Part shown: positions 38,646 to 49,138 of the stretch, piece after piece
Layout of the letters: the number at the start of each line of letters is the position of its first letter
How positions within the stretch are numbered: position 1 is the first letter of the stretch
Source: Ignavibacteriales bacterium
Lineage (GTDB): Bacteria; Bacteroidota; Ignavibacteria; UBA10030
Assembly: GCA_037446575.1 (NCBI GenBank)
Contig: JBBIII010000005.1
Span: forward strand, 13,033-77,032
Direction of reading: 5' to 3'
Length of the DNA stretch: 64,000 nucleotides
The notes under the pieces: model-generated
Databases searched by the model: none
What the model was told of the DNA's origin: nothing
What the model saw: the letters and a program-made list of their open reading frames with translations, nothing else
Made by a program: the position numbers and the translations under genes

Positions 38646-40093
38646 ACATCCAATTTACGCCAATTTGTGTTCTCTTTTTTATCTTCCAAAATATAACCAA
38701 TTGATTTTAACCCATCACGAATAAAATCTGATAGCGGCCATAATTTTTGTTTTCTTACTTCTTCGCGCACTTTGACGATTAGTTTCATTAATTCATTTTC
38801 GGTTTTTGCATCGCTTGTTGAAGATGGAAGATGTTCTGGAATTATTCCAAGAACTTTTCCACCATAATCCATGAACAACCGATCAATCTGATTTAATGCG
38901 TCAATGTTAATCTTTTGATCGGTGTTCAACATTTGATTGATTTCACGAATTAAATCGAACATAACTCCAATAGCAAGTGGTGCGTTAAAATCATCGTCCA
39001 TTGCCTCGATAAAACGCTTTTTATATGGGGTCAGATCGAACATTACCCCTTCTTTGCGTCCTTCGCTATTTGCTTGTTGTAATTCTAAACGAAGATTACG
39101 CATAAAATAAATTAATTTTTCATACCCGCTCTTTGCCGCTTGCAAAGCTTCATCGCTAAAATCTAATGTACTTCTATAATGACTTTGCATAATAAAGAAA
39201 CGAATAACAAGCGGGTCGTATTTGGTAAATGAGTCTTTTAGCGTAACAAAATTCCCAAGCGACTTCGACATTTTTTTACCATTTACAGTTACAAGATTAT
39301 TATGAACCCAATACTTTACAAAAGGTTTGCCAGTTGCAGCTTCGCTTTGAGCAATTTCGCACTCGTGGTGCGGAAATTGGTTGTCCATTCCACCGCCATG
39401 TATGTCGATCGTCTCGCCGAGATATTTCATCGACATTGCCGAACACTCAATATGCCAACCGGGAAAACCTTCGCCCCAAGGACTTTGCCATCTCATAATA
39501 TGCTCTGGCTCAGCTTTTTTCCATAATGCAAAATCAGCAGGGTGTCTTTTTTCTGAACGTAATTCCACGCGCGTCCCTTCTACTGCTTCTTCTAAGTTTC
39601 TGCCTGAAAGTATTCCATAAGCTTTAAATTTTTGGACATCGTAATAGACCGAACCATTTACTTCATATGCAAAACCATCCGACAAAAGTTTTTTTATTAT
39701 TTCTATTTGTTCGGTAATGTGGCCAGAAGCACGGGGAGAAATATCTGGACGCAGAATATTAAGTTTATCCATATCTTCAAAGTAACTACGCGTAATGGTT
39801 TCTGCTATTTGCATAGGATGGATTTTTTCGATTTTAGATTGCTTCAACATCCTATCTTCGCCATCATCAAGCAAATGTCCAACATCTGTTATATTTTGAA
39901 TATATAATACTTTATAGCCAAGATAATGTAAGTAGCGAACTATTACATCGAACGAGACGTAACTTTTTCCATGCCCGATATGCGAATGACTGTAGACTGT
40001 AGGTCCACAAACATATATTCCAACCAATCCCGCATGTATCGGTTTGAATTCTTCTTTTCGACGTGTAAGTGTATTGTAAATATTAAGACTCAT
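38642..40093 (-). CDS. cysS: Cysteinyl-tRNA synthetase.
   Basis: HIGH motif ([10 protein letters not shown]), KMSKS motif (KMSKSLGN), and a zinc-binding Cys. Confidence 0.9.
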   Translation of the reverse strand: MSLNIYNTLTRRKEEFKPIHAGLVGIYVCGPTVYSHSHIGHGKSYVSFDVIVRYLHYLGYKVLYIQNITDVGHLLDDGEDRMLKQSKIEKIHPMQIAETITRSYFEDMDKLNILRPDISPRASGHITEQIEIIKKLLSDGFAYEVNGSVYYDVQKFKAYGILSGRNLEEAVEGTRVELRSEKRHPADFALWKKAEPEHIMRWQSPWGEGFPGWHIECSAMSMKYLGETIDIHGGGMDNQFPHHECEIAQSEAATGKPFVKYWVHNNLVTVNGKKMSKSLGNFVTLKDSFTKYDPLVIRFFIMQSHYRSTLDFSDEALQAAKSGYEKLIYFMRNLRLELQQANSEGRKEGVMFDLTPYKKRFIEAMDDDFNAPLAIGVMFDLIREINQMLNTDQKINIDALNQIDRLFMDYGGKVLGIIPEHLPSSTSDAKTENELMKLIVKVREEVRKQKLWPLSDFIRDGLKSIGYILEDKKENTNWRKLDV

Positions 40094-40107
40094 TAATTTT
40101 CCAGTCT

Positions 40108-41859
40108 CTATTTAGCATTTATTAATTCTTTTGCGCCGCTTAAGCTTACATCGGTAACTTCTTCGCCGCTTAAGAGTTTTGCAACTTCGTGAATTCTTTC
40201 ATCCTCTTTTAGCTTTCGTATTACAGAGGAAGTTCTTGTCTTCGTTTCAATTTTCTCAACTACGTAATGATTATTGGCGTAGCCTGCAATTTGGGGCAAA
40301 TGCGTTATAGCAATTATTTGATGAAATTGCGATAAACTTTTTAGACTTTTTCCAACTGCCTGCGCAATACGGCCGCTTATGCCTACATCTATCTCGTCAA
40401 AAACCAACAGCGGCAATCGGTCTGCTTTGGCAAGTATTGTTTTTAATGCAAGCATTATACGCGAAACTTCGCCACCTGAAGCAACTTTGACTAATGGTTT
40501 AAGATCTTCGCCAACATTTGTCGATAAATAAAATTCGACAAAATCAATTCCATTTAAAGTTGTTTCATAGAAATCTTTGCCAAGCTTTACATAAGCATTT
40601 TCAGAGTTGCCATCCGATTTTTCAAAAATGCGATTATCAATTCTAACGTCAAATTGTGCGTTTGCTATTCCTAATTTTGTCAGGTCTGCGCAAACCGCAT
40701 TGCTGATTTTTACAACAAGTTCGCGCCGTTTTGATGAAAGTCTTTGCGCACGCGCCGAACAATTCTTTCGTTCAATTTCAATTTGTTCTTTTAATTTATT
40801 TATTTCAGCATCGAAATTTTGAGCCATCGAAAATTCTTTCCCAATTTTCTCTCTATAAGCAATTACAGTTTCTAAAGAACCACCATACTTCTTTTTTAGA
40901 AGTGTTAATTGGCCCAAACGTTCTCGTATCTCTTCAAGTCGTTCTGGATTAAATTCTATTCTCGAATTGTAACTCTGAATAAATTTAGTCAACTCTGCAA
41001 CGATTACTGCAGCCGATGCACATTCATTTTTAGGTTCTTCAAACACCCTGTCGATATGAGCAAGGTCTTCCAATTGGTTGCGCGCTTTTACCAGAAGATC
41101 ATAAACCGATTGACCGCCTGCGTTTTCCCCATCGCTGTTACTTGATTCTCCTTCATAAAGTGATTTATAAAGCAAAGATGTGGCTTCAAAAAGTTTTTCC
41201 GAATTTTCTAATATCCGAAGTTCGTTTTCTAATTCCTCTTCTTCACCTTTTTGCGGGTTGACCGCATCAATTTCTTTCATTTGAAATTCATGCAATTCGA
41301 GCTTTGCTTTAAGTTCTTTTTCATTATGAGTAAGAGTGCGTAATTCAGAAAACAACTTGGATAACTTTTCGTAAGAATTACGGAATTCTAAAACAATTCC
41401 TTCTAAGCCGCCAAATTCGTCGACCAATTGGATGTGAGTTTCAATGCGAAGTAATGATTGATGTTCATGCTGTCCATGCAAATCGACAAGATGATTCCCA
41501 ATTTGATTCATCAGATTAAGCGTTATTGGAGTATCATTAGCGAAGCATCGAGATTGCCCTTTTATAGAGACTTCGCGCCGTAAAATCAATTCTTTACAAT
41601 ATTCAATTTCGTTCTGATCAAGTATAGAGTTAATACGCTTATTGCCTGCAATTTCAAAGATTCCCTCTATAATAGCTTTTTCACTTCCTTTACGAACTAT
41701 ATCCGTGTTAGCACGTTCTCCTAATATTAAACTCAGCGCGTCAATAATAATTGATTTGCCAGCGCCAGTTTCGCCGGTAATTATATTCAAGCCATTCTCG
41801 AATTCAATTTCTATGGATTCGATTAAAGCATAATTCCGGATTGATAAGAATTTTAGCAT
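40108..41859 (-). CDS. recN: DNA repair protein RecN.
   Basis: 583 aa. N-terminal Walker A GETGAGKSIIIDAL, a long coiled coil, and a C-terminal ABC signature plus Walker B (LLVFDEIDVGISG). Confidence 0.9.
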   Translation of the reverse strand: MLKFLSIRNYALIESIEIEFENGLNIITGETGAGKSIIIDALSLILGERANTDIVRKGSEKAIIEGIFEIAGNKRINSILDQNEIEYCKELILRREVSIKGQSRCFANDTPITLNLMNQIGNHLVDLHGQHEHQSLLRIETHIQLVDEFGGLEGIVLEFRNSYEKLSKLFSELRTLTHNEKELKAKLELHEFQMKEIDAVNPQKGEEEELENELRILENSEKLFEATSLLYKSLYEGESSNSDGENAGGQSVYDLLVKARNQLEDLAHIDRVFEEPKNECASAAVIVAELTKFIQSYNSRIEFNPERLEEIRERLGQLTLLKKKYGGSLETVIAYREKIGKEFSMAQNFDAEINKLKEQIEIERKNCSARAQRLSSKRRELVVKISNAVCADLTKLGIANAQFDVRIDNRIFEKSDGNSENAYVKLGKDFYETTLNGIDFVEFYLSTNVGEDLKPLVKVASGGEVSRIMLALKTILAKADRLPLLVFDEIDVGISGRIAQAVGKSLKSLSQFHQIIAITHLPQIAGYANNHYVVEKIETKTRTSSVIRKLKEDERIHEVAKLLSGEEVTDVSLSGAKELINAK

Positions 41860-41952
41860 AATTATAAAACAAATGTAAGAAAAAAAGATGGATTTTCAAT
41901 GATATAAAGTATAGATGACTTTGGATTAGCAATAAGTTTTTCTTGATTGCTC

Positions 41953-42786
41953 TTAATTCAGCGGCAAATTTTCTGTTCCAAGGTCAAAGAAACGAATTTC
42001 GGGCACATCTCCAATAATTCCATGATAATAAGCGTAGTGCATAAATTCCGAAAGACTCGCCTCCTCTTTTTCATTGAAATCATAGTTAAAAGCTGAAAGG
42101 TATTCAGATACATTTTTTATGGATAATTTTTTTTGATTTGCTATTGCGATTGCAATTTGTTCCTTTAATTTCAATCCCTCTTTTTTTGCTTCAAACAACG
42201 CTGATGCTTCATTGCCTATTAATTCTTCTTCACGTCCAACCCAAAATCCGTAAATATAAGGTAAATTTGTTAAATCGTTCCATTCTTCAACAAGGTCTAA
42301 AATAAATATTCCTTGCTGGGAATAATCTTTAGGGAACGGATTAATTAACAATGCGGCGTCCGTTTTTTCAAGCATCGTATTAATATCAGGAAGCATTGGA
42401 ATGAATTGAATATTTTGATGTCCAAACTGATTTCTATATTTTTCTTTAAGAATAATATTTGCCAAGATAACTTCAGAAGTATAGCTGATATCAAATGCAA
42501 TGCGTTCTAAATTCCGTTTATTTTCTTTTATAAAAAGCTGAATAGTATTGGTAGGGGTACTTGAGGAAGCGCAAATATTTGGAACTATGCAATATTCTCC
42601 GCCGTGTCGCGCATAATCAATAGGCGACAAAAAAGCGCTCCGAATTTCATCAGAGCGCTTAGAAAATTTTAAAGCATTTTTTGCAGGGATATCTTCAATT
42701 AACTCAAATGGAGAGTCAGGTTTATCCAATCCGAATATAAGCGGTTTTAAATATACAGCATCCGATACTGCAAGCCGCGATTTCAT
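41953..42786 (-). CDS. MqnA/MqnD-family protein (futalosine-pathway menaquinone biosynthesis; chorismate dehydratase-like).
   Basis: 277 aa. LAVSDAVYLKPLIFGL...FELIEDIPAKNALKF is collinear with the MqnA N-terminus (VDYLNAxPLxYGL..FEL..D.P). Called from remembered motifs only. Confidence 0.45.
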   Translation of the reverse strand: MKSRLAVSDAVYLKPLIFGLDKPDSPFELIEDIPAKNALKFSKRSDEIRSAFLSPIDYARHGGEYCIVPNICASSSTPTNTIQLFIKENKRNLERIAFDISYTSEVILANIILKEKYRNQFGHQNIQFIPMLPDINTMLEKTDAALLINPFPKDYSQQGIFILDLVEEWNDLTNLPYIYGFWVGREEELIGNEASALFEAKKEGLKLKEQIAIAIANQKKLSIKNVSEYLSAFNYDFNEKEEASLSEFMHYAYYHGIIGDVPEIRFFDLGTENLPLN

Positions 42787-43127
42787 TAGGCATGTGTCTT
42801 TTGCGCAACCGCTTTAGTGGCAAGGTCTCGAACATAATAAATTTTTGCCCGCCGCGTTCTTCCTTCTTTGACCTTCTCAATTTTAGCAATACGCGGGGAA
42901 TGGAGTGGAAAAATGCGTTCTACTCCAACTCCATCTGAAATTTTACGGACCCTAAACGTTGTATTGATGCCGGTTCCACGTTGTCCCATCACAATACCTT
43001 GAAATTCTTGTATTCGTTCTTTATCGCCCTCTTTAACTTTTACGTGAACATTTACAATATCACCGGATTTGAATTTCGGTATATCGGTTCGCAGTTGTGC
43101 CGCTTCTACAAGCTTAATTTTATCCAT
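42786..43127 (-). CDS. rplS: Ribosomal protein L19.
   Basis: 113 aa. [28 protein letters not shown]...[11 protein letters not shown] is typical of L19. Confidence 0.9.
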   Translation of the reverse strand: MDKIKLVEAAQLRTDIPKFKSGDIVNVHVKVKEGDKERIQEFQGIVMGQRGTGINTTFRVRKISDGVGVERIFPLHSPRIAKIEKVKEGRTRRAKIYYVRDLATKAVAQKTHA

Positions 43128-43174
43128 TTTATAACTCCGTTAAATCGATTAATCAATTATTTCATATTCTTAAA

Positions 43175-43843
43175 TTACATGTTTCTCATAAATTTTTTTG
43201 TTCTGCGCTCGCGTTGTTCCTGCTTCCATTTTTCTATTTCTTGATGATTTCCGGAAAGCAAGACTTCCGGCGCTTTCAATCCTCTATATTCAGCAGGCCT
43301 TGTATATTCCGGACAACCTAACAATCCGTTCTGGAATGAATCTGTAAGAGCAGATTCACCGTCGTTCAGGACGCCGGGAATGAGTCTTACTAAAGCGTCC
43401 ACTACAACAGCCGCGGCTAATTCGCCGCCTGTTAAAACATACTCGCCTATTGAAAGTTCGCGGGTTACTAATTTTTCTCGCACCCGATTGTCAATTCCTT
43501 TATAATGCCCGCAAAGAAGCATTAAATTACTTTTTAACGACAATTCTATTGCAATTTTTTGATTGAACAATTGGGCATCAGCTGTCAGAAAAATTACTTC
43601 GTCATAATTACGTTGCTTTTGCAACGCTTCTACACATTCAAAGAACGGTTCTGGTTTTAGCACCATCCCAGCGCCGCCGCCAAACGGCGTATCATCAATT
43701 GTTTTATGTTTATCATGCGCATAAGCGCGCAGATCGTGCACAAATATTTCTACTTTTTTTTTATCCTGCGCTCGTTTTAAAATACTTTCCTGCAGGGGGC
43801 TTTCTAATAATTTTGGCAACCCTGTTATAATATCAATACGCAT
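43175..43843 (-). CDS. trmD: tRNA (guanine37-N1)-methyltransferase.
   Basis: 222 aa with a SPOUT-knot fold. Conserved operon position between rimM and rplS. Confidence 0.9.
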   Translation of the reverse strand: MRIDIITGLPKLLESPLQESILKRAQDKKKVEIFVHDLRAYAHDKHKTIDDTPFGGGAGMVLKPEPFFECVEALQKQRNYDEVIFLTADAQLFNQKIAIELSLKSNLMLLCGHYKGIDNRVREKLVTRELSIGEYVLTGGELAAAVVVDALVRLIPGVLNDGESALTDSFQNGLLGCPEYTRPAEYRGLKAPEVLLSGNHQEIEKWKQEQRERRTKKFMRNM

Positions 43844-44349
43844 TATGTAAGCAATCCTTCTATTGCATTTATTGTAACGCGTTTGATTTTTAAATCAACG
43901 TGCTTTATAATTTCTTTTACAGCAGGAATTAATATCTCCTTGCCATTACTATCGATTACCCACACATCATTTGTAGAAAGTGAAAATACGTCTTTTATAA
44001 AACCAACTCGCATCTGCGTCTCTGTGATTACTTCGCATCCTATCACATCGTGTATAAAATAACTGCCTTTTTTCAGTTGAATAATTTTTTCTTCTGAAGT
44101 GAATATAAATTGGTTTAGAATTTTTTCTGCCTCATTTGCAGAATTTACATTCTCTATCTGAGCAATTATTTTATTGGTTTCTATGCTTTCTACAAAAATA
44201 CTTTTTTTTTCAGTTGTCTTACTATCTTTTCCTATCCATACCGAATCAAGTTGGGTAAAACGTTGAATATCATCAGCAAACGGAAGAATTTTAACTTTTC
44301 CTTTTATTCCAATCGGCTTTAGAATTTTACCGATTGCTATTAAATTCAT
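43843..44349 (-). CDS. rimM: 16S rRNA processing protein RimM.
   Basis: 168 aa with a PRC-barrel C-domain. Its start overlaps the trmD stop. Confidence 0.8.
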   Translation of the reverse strand: MNLIAIGKILKPIGIKGKVKILPFADDIQRFTQLDSVWIGKDSKTTEKKSIFVESIETNKIIAQIENVNSANEAEKILNQFIFTSEEKIIQLKKGSYFIHDVIGCEVITETQMRVGFIKDVFSLSTNDVWVIDSNGKEILIPAVKEIIKHVDLKIKRVTINAIEGLLT

Positions 44350-44382
44350 AACTTCCCCACTTAATAGCGGGCAGAAAAATTT

Positions 44383-44613
44383 TTAACCTATAATATCTAA
44401 AACAGCTCGTTTACCTTCCTTTGCTGAAATCGCTTTCAATAGTACACGCAGAGCAGACGCCGTTTGTCCGCGCTTACCAATTACTTTGCCAATATCTCCT
44501 TCTGCTACCTTAAGTTTGAAGACGTGTTTATTTTCTTTTTCTTCATACTCGATAGTAACATTTTCTGGATGATCCACAAGATTTTTTACTACAAATTCCA
44601 AGAATTCTTTCAT
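44383..44613 (-). CDS. KH-domain RNA-binding protein (YlqC/UPF0109 family).
   Basis: 76 aa. GKVIGKRGQTASALRVLL is a KH GxxG loop. It has the conserved position between rpsP and rimM. Confidence 0.7.
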   Translation of the reverse strand: MKEFLEFVVKNLVDHPENVTIEYEEKENKHVFKLKVAEGDIGKVIGKRGQTASALRVLLKAISAKEGKRAVLDIIG

Positions 44614-44738
44614 CGCTCTACCTCCGGAATATTAATTGGTTGATTCGCTGTTTTTTTGTTAATTATTTTCATCAAAATATTATTTCTACTAAAACTTTTC
44701 AGATACTTGTTACTGCAAATCAATTTAAAAACGCCTGA

Positions 44739-45149
44739 TTAAGCAGAAGCTTGTTCTTGAGTTTGTGCTGCCGCTTTTTTCTTTTTCTCAGAGCGCCGCG
44801 CTTTCTTATCCGATTCGCGCTTCTGTTTGTCTGCTTGTTGCATTTGCCAGCGTTCAATAACGCTTTTTATAATAGACTCATCTTTACCTTGTCGTTTTAG
44901 CGTCCACATCAGCCAAAATCCTGTCCGCCTTAACAATGAACGAACCGTATCAGTTGGCTGTGCGCCCTTTTTTAACCAATACTCTATACGCGATTCTTTT
45001 AACATCAAAGCAATTGGGTTAGTATGAGGATTATACTGACCTAATGCTTCAAGATATCTGCCATCGCGAGGGGAACGACTATCCGCAGCAACAAGTTTAT
45101 ATATCGGATGTTGCTTTTTTCCTTCTCTTCGCAGTCGAATTTTTACCAA
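44739..45149 (-). CDS. rpsP: Ribosomal protein S16 with a Lys-rich C-terminal extension.
   Basis: MVKIRLRREGKKQHPIYKLVAADSRSPRDGRYLEALGQYNP. Confidence 0.9.
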   Translation of the reverse strand: MVKIRLRREGKKQHPIYKLVAADSRSPRDGRYLEALGQYNPHTNPIALMLKESRIEYWLKKGAQPTDTVRSLLRRTGFWLMWTLKRQGKDESIIKSVIERWQMQQADKQKRESDKKARRSEKKKKAAAQTQEQASA

Positions 45150-45193
45150 TTTTTCACTCCTGTAATATTTGTCTGTTGTTAATAGTTATTCAA

Positions 45194-46537
45194 TTAATTA
45201 AAAGGAAATTGCAGGTTTCGCATTGCGTGCCGCATATTTCCCTTGCTAAACTTCTTCATCATTTTATTCATTTCTTCAAATTGCTTCAATAATTTATTCA
45301 CATCTTGAACAGTAGCCCCGCTACCCTTTGCTATTCGTCTTCTTCTGTTTCCATTAATTATGGAAGGCCGGGAACGCTCTTCAAGAGTCATAGATTGTAT
45401 TATCGCTTCAACTCGAACAAGACTTTTATCATCGATGTTTGTGTTTGCAGGAAGCTTGTTCATACCCGGGATCATTCCAACGACTTGGCTTAATGGCCCC
45501 ATTTTTTTTATTTCCCTAAGCTGAGCGAGAAAATCATCGAATGTGAATTGAGCTTTACGCAGTTTTTGTTCAAGTTCAATTGCTTTTTCTTCGTCAAAAT
45601 TCTGCTGGGCTTTTTCAACCAATGTTATAATATCGCCCATACCAAGAATGCGTGAAGCAATGCGATCCGGATAAAACGGTTCTAAGGCATCAAGTTTTTC
45701 GCCGATGCTTATATATTTAATCGGTTTATGAATAACCGCTCTGATTGAAAGTGCCGCTCCTCCACGGCTGTCGCCATCAAGTTTAGTTAATACTACACCA
45801 TCAAAATTTAATCGATCGTGAAAAGCTTTTGCCGCGTTTACTGCGTCTTGTCCAGTCATAGAATCCACAACAAAAAGTATTTCGTGCGGATTAACTTTTT
45901 TGCGTATTGATTCTACTTCTCTCATCATTTCTTCATCAACGTGAAGTCGGCCTGCCGTATCGATTATGATTGTATCGCGAATATTTTTCCTTGCATGTTC
46001 GACTGAACTATCTGCTATTGTAACAGCATCCGAACCCCGTCGCGTGAAGACTGGAATTTCTATCTGTTTGCCCAATAATTCTAATTGATCGATAGCCGCA
46101 GGTCTGTAAATATCAGCCGCTACAAGTAGAGGCAAACGCCCTTTACTTTTTAGTTGATTTGCTAATTTTGCCGCAAAAGTTGTTTTTCCAGAGCCCTGTA
46201 AGCCGGCGACTAAAATAATTGTCGGCGGATTTTGCGCTATTGCGATATCTGACTTATTTTCCCCCAATAATTTTATCATCTCATCATTAATAATTTTTAT
46301 GATTAGCTGACCGGGAGTAATACTTTTAAGCACTTCTTGACCAATCGCGCGCTTTTGCACATCGTCTATAAATTGTTTTACAACTTTATAGTTAACATCA
46401 GCATCTAACAAAGCACGGCGTACCTCACGCAACGAATCTTCAATATTCTGAAGCGTAATTTTTCCTTGTCCGCGAAGCTTTTTAAAAGCTAATTCTAATT
46501 TTTGAGTAAGATTTTCAAACATCGCATTTTCTATCAA
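45194..46537 (-). CDS. ffh: Signal recognition particle protein Ffh.
   Basis: 447 aa. N domain, then an SRP-type GTPase (GLQGSGKTT, DTAGR, TKLDG), and an M domain. Confidence 0.9.
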   Translation of the reverse strand: MIENAMFENLTQKLELAFKKLRGQGKITLQNIEDSLREVRRALLDADVNYKVVKQFIDDVQKRAIGQEVLKSITPGQLIIKIINDEMIKLLGENKSDIAIAQNPPTIILVAGLQGSGKTTFAAKLANQLKSKGRLPLLVAADIYRPAAIDQLELLGKQIEIPVFTRRGSDAVTIADSSVEHARKNIRDTIIIDTAGRLHVDEEMMREVESIRKKVNPHEILFVVDSMTGQDAVNAAKAFHDRLNFDGVVLTKLDGDSRGGAALSIRAVIHKPIKYISIGEKLDALEPFYPDRIASRILGMGDIITLVEKAQQNFDEEKAIELEQKLRKAQFTFDDFLAQLREIKKMGPLSQVVGMIPGMNKLPANTNIDDKSLVRVEAIIQSMTLEERSRPSIINGNRRRRIAKGSGATVQDVNKLLKQFEEMNKMMKKFSKGNMRHAMRNLQFPFN

Positions 46538-46820
46538 TAGTAAAACAAAACTTCCGTTTTCTCAGCGGTTATATCCGAGAACTCCGGAAGTTCTTAAATT
46601 GCGCTGAATATTTTAGCATTATACTATTCCGACAGGATTCAGTACGCCTGTCTACAAGTTTTTACTCTCTCCACTCACATTAAGTGGATTATAAGTTAGT
46701 ATAAAAATAGTTAAAAATGTGAAGGCAATCAAGATATTATTTAAGGTTGGAATTAAAGTTTATCGCTCTTAAATATAGTAACCTTTTGTAGAATAAAGCG
46801 AGAACTTTTAGATTTCAATA

Positions 46821-48116
46821 TTACCCAAGTATACGAGAAACTTCTTGTAGGGTAGTAATGCCCGCCAATGCTTTTCTAACTGCATCTTGTCGAATTGCTT
46901 GAAATCCGTAATTTGAAGCTTCTTCGCGCATACTTAGGATTGATTCTTTCCGAAAAATCATATCTCGAAGCGCTGGGCTAATCGTTACTATTTCGCAAAT
47001 AGCAGTTCTTCCTTTATAACCGCTTCCCATACAATTTGGACAACCTCTTCCACGGAAAAGTCTTAAATCTGAAGACTCCATAGGAGCACCGACGATTTGC
47101 AACTCTTCAGGTGAAAGTTGATATTCTTCACGACAGTTCGGACAAATTTTACGGATTAATAACTGATAGACAATACCCACAACAGTGGAAGCCAGCCAGT
47201 AAGCCGGAACACCGAGGTTGAATAATCTATGAATTGCTCCAATAGCATCGTCGGCAAGCATTGTACTGAGAACAAGATTACCTGTTAACGCCGCTTCGGC
47301 GGCAACTACGCCAGTTTCTGCATCTCGTATTTCACCAATCATTATAATGTTTGGATTTTGTCGTAATATTGCTCTAAGCGCATCTATAAAATTAAACGAT
47401 TTATCCGAAGGCAGATGCACTTGACTTGCATAAGGAAGACGATACTCTACGGGGTCTTCAACTGTAATTACGCATTTTTCCGGAGTTTGCACATGATTTA
47501 CCGCGGCGTATACTGTGGTAGATTTTCCGCTTCCAGATGGACCTGTAACTAAAAACAAACCTCTTGGGCTTCGTAATAATTGTCTTAATCGATCAAGATT
47601 CTCCTTACTAAAGCCAAGTTCATCTATTCTTGAAATACTTGTTGACTTATGTAAAATTCTTACAAGACATCTTTCGCCTGCAAGCACAGGAATAACGTTG
47701 ACACGAAAATCAAATTGTGAATTGTTATAAACTGCTGAGTATCGTCCCTCTTGCGGTTTCTTTTTTTCAAATTGGTTCAAAGTAGCTCGTGTTTTCATAA
47801 TGCTTACAATCGGATCGTTCATATCCGGTGTAAGCGATACTAAGCGTTTCAATGTTCCTTCATGTCCGAGCCTTATCTGAAGTTCGCCTTCAATCGGTTC
47901 AATATGTATATCGGTTGCATTTGCTTGAATAGCTCTCAGCATTATTTCTTCCACAATTTGATCAGCCGTCGGTAATTTACCAATTCGAAATAAATCGCGA
48001 ATTTTATCTTTCGATAAATTTTTTACGTCGAGTTGTTCTAATGCGATGCGTTGGAAAGTTTGCATCGGTTGACCCGCTTGGCGTTGTGAAACAGGTGGTT
48101 GTTGTGATACTGCCAT
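46821..48116 (-). CDS. GspE/PilB-family type II/IV secretion (or pilus) ATPase, orphan.
   Basis: 431 aa. N2-like domain (ATDIHIEP..LQIRL), Walker A GPSGSGKST, Asp/His boxes, and a tetracysteine motif (CPNC...GRGCPNC). No other GSP/pilus genes lie within about 10 kb. Confidence 0.75.
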   Translation of the reverse strand: MAVSQQPPVSQRQAGQPMQTFQRIALEQLDVKNLSKDKIRDLFRIGKLPTADQIVEEIMLRAIQANATDIHIEPIEGELQIRLGHEGTLKRLVSLTPDMNDPIVSIMKTRATLNQFEKKKPQEGRYSAVYNNSQFDFRVNVIPVLAGERCLVRILHKSTSISRIDELGFSKENLDRLRQLLRSPRGLFLVTGPSGSGKSTTVYAAVNHVQTPEKCVITVEDPVEYRLPYASQVHLPSDKSFNFIDALRAILRQNPNIIMIGEIRDAETGVVAAEAALTGNLVLSTMLADDAIGAIHRLFNLGVPAYWLASTVVGIVYQLLIRKICPNCREEYQLSPEELQIVGAPMESSDLRLFRGRGCPNCMGSGYKGRTAICEIVTISPALRDMIFRKESILSMREEASNYGFQAIRQDAVRKALAGITTLQEVSRILG

Positions 48117-48235
48117 AACTTATCTCCAAAGAAGTGACAGCTTATTTACTTTATTGAAAATACAATATTTTTTTAAAAGTCTCTATAACAGAGCAACTTT
48201 TTAGCTATTTAAAAAGGGGGCTTTTAATATAAATT

Positions 48236-49135
48236 TTAGCTTGCCTTTTTAAGCGCCTCTGCTCCGCTTACAACCTCGAGCAATTCTTTTGTAATGCTTG
48301 CTTGCCGAGCTTTATTGTACGATAGCGTCAAGTTACTTATTAAATCTTTTGCATTTTCAGTGGCGTTATTCATTGCTGTCATTCGGGCGCCTTCTTCGGC
48401 AGTACTGGATTCGAGCAAAATTCGCCACATTTGAAAATTAAGATGTTTTGGTAAAAGATCATCTAATATATATTGACTAGACGGCTCGTAAATATAATCT
48501 ATTTGAGATAAATCTGTGCGACTTTCCGATTTCAATATCTGCTCGGGTAAAATCGGCAGGATTTGTTCTACAACGATCCGCTGCTGGATGACAGATTTAA
48601 ATTCGTTGTAAATTATCTCAACTTTATCATAATCATTATTTATAAATCCGGCGACTATTTGCTGGACAATAGATTTAGCTTGGTTAAAATTCAAATTTCC
48701 AAAAATCCCTACATGCTTTGTGTGTATTGGGAAATTCTTTTTCTGGAAAAAATCTGTACATTTTTTTCCAATCGTAACAATACGAACCCCGTAATTTTCT
48801 GCATTTAGACTCGAGTAGTTTTTTTTGATATGCTCAACTGCCTCCTTTGCTACATTGCTGTTGAATCCGCCGCACAAACCACGATCACCTGATATAACCA
48901 CCAGTAATACGCGTTTAACATCTCTTTTAATAAGTAATGGATGAGCGCTTATATCAATCTTAGCCACAAATCTTTTTAATATTTCATCTAATTTACGGGC
49001 ATAGGGGCGAATAGCAATCAATGTATCTTGAGCGCGGCGGAATTTTGCTGCGGCAACCATTTTCATGGCTTTTGTAATTTTTTGAGTGCTTTTAACGCTC
49101 AAAATGCGACGTCGAATTTCTCTTAATGTAGCCAA
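48236..49135 (-). CDS. atpG: F-type ATP synthase gamma subunit.
   Basis: 299 aa with an N-terminal helix MATLREIRRRI.S...TQKITKAMKMVAA. Confidence 0.9.
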   Translation of the reverse strand: MATLREIRRRILSVKSTQKITKAMKMVAAAKFRRAQDTLIAIRPYARKLDEILKRFVAKIDISAHPLLIKRDVKRVLLVVISGDRGLCGGFNSNVAKEAVEHIKKNYSSLNAENYGVRIVTIGKKCTDFFQKKNFPIHTKHVGIFGNLNFNQAKSIVQQIVAGFINNDYDKVEIIYNEFKSVIQQRIVVEQILPILPEQILKSESRTDLSQIDYIYEPSSQYILDDLLPKHLNFQMWRILLESSTAEEGARMTAMNNATENAKDLISNLTLSYNKARQASITKELLEVVSGAEALKKAS

Positions 49136-49138
49136 AGT

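Noticed and set aside
46538-46820. Possible SRP RNA (ffs) next to ffh.
   Set aside because: I could not find the conserved domain IV motifs (GGAA-capped helix with AGCAG / GAAG symmetric loops). Only a generic stem is present, so this is listed as a low-interest finding rather than an ncRNA call.
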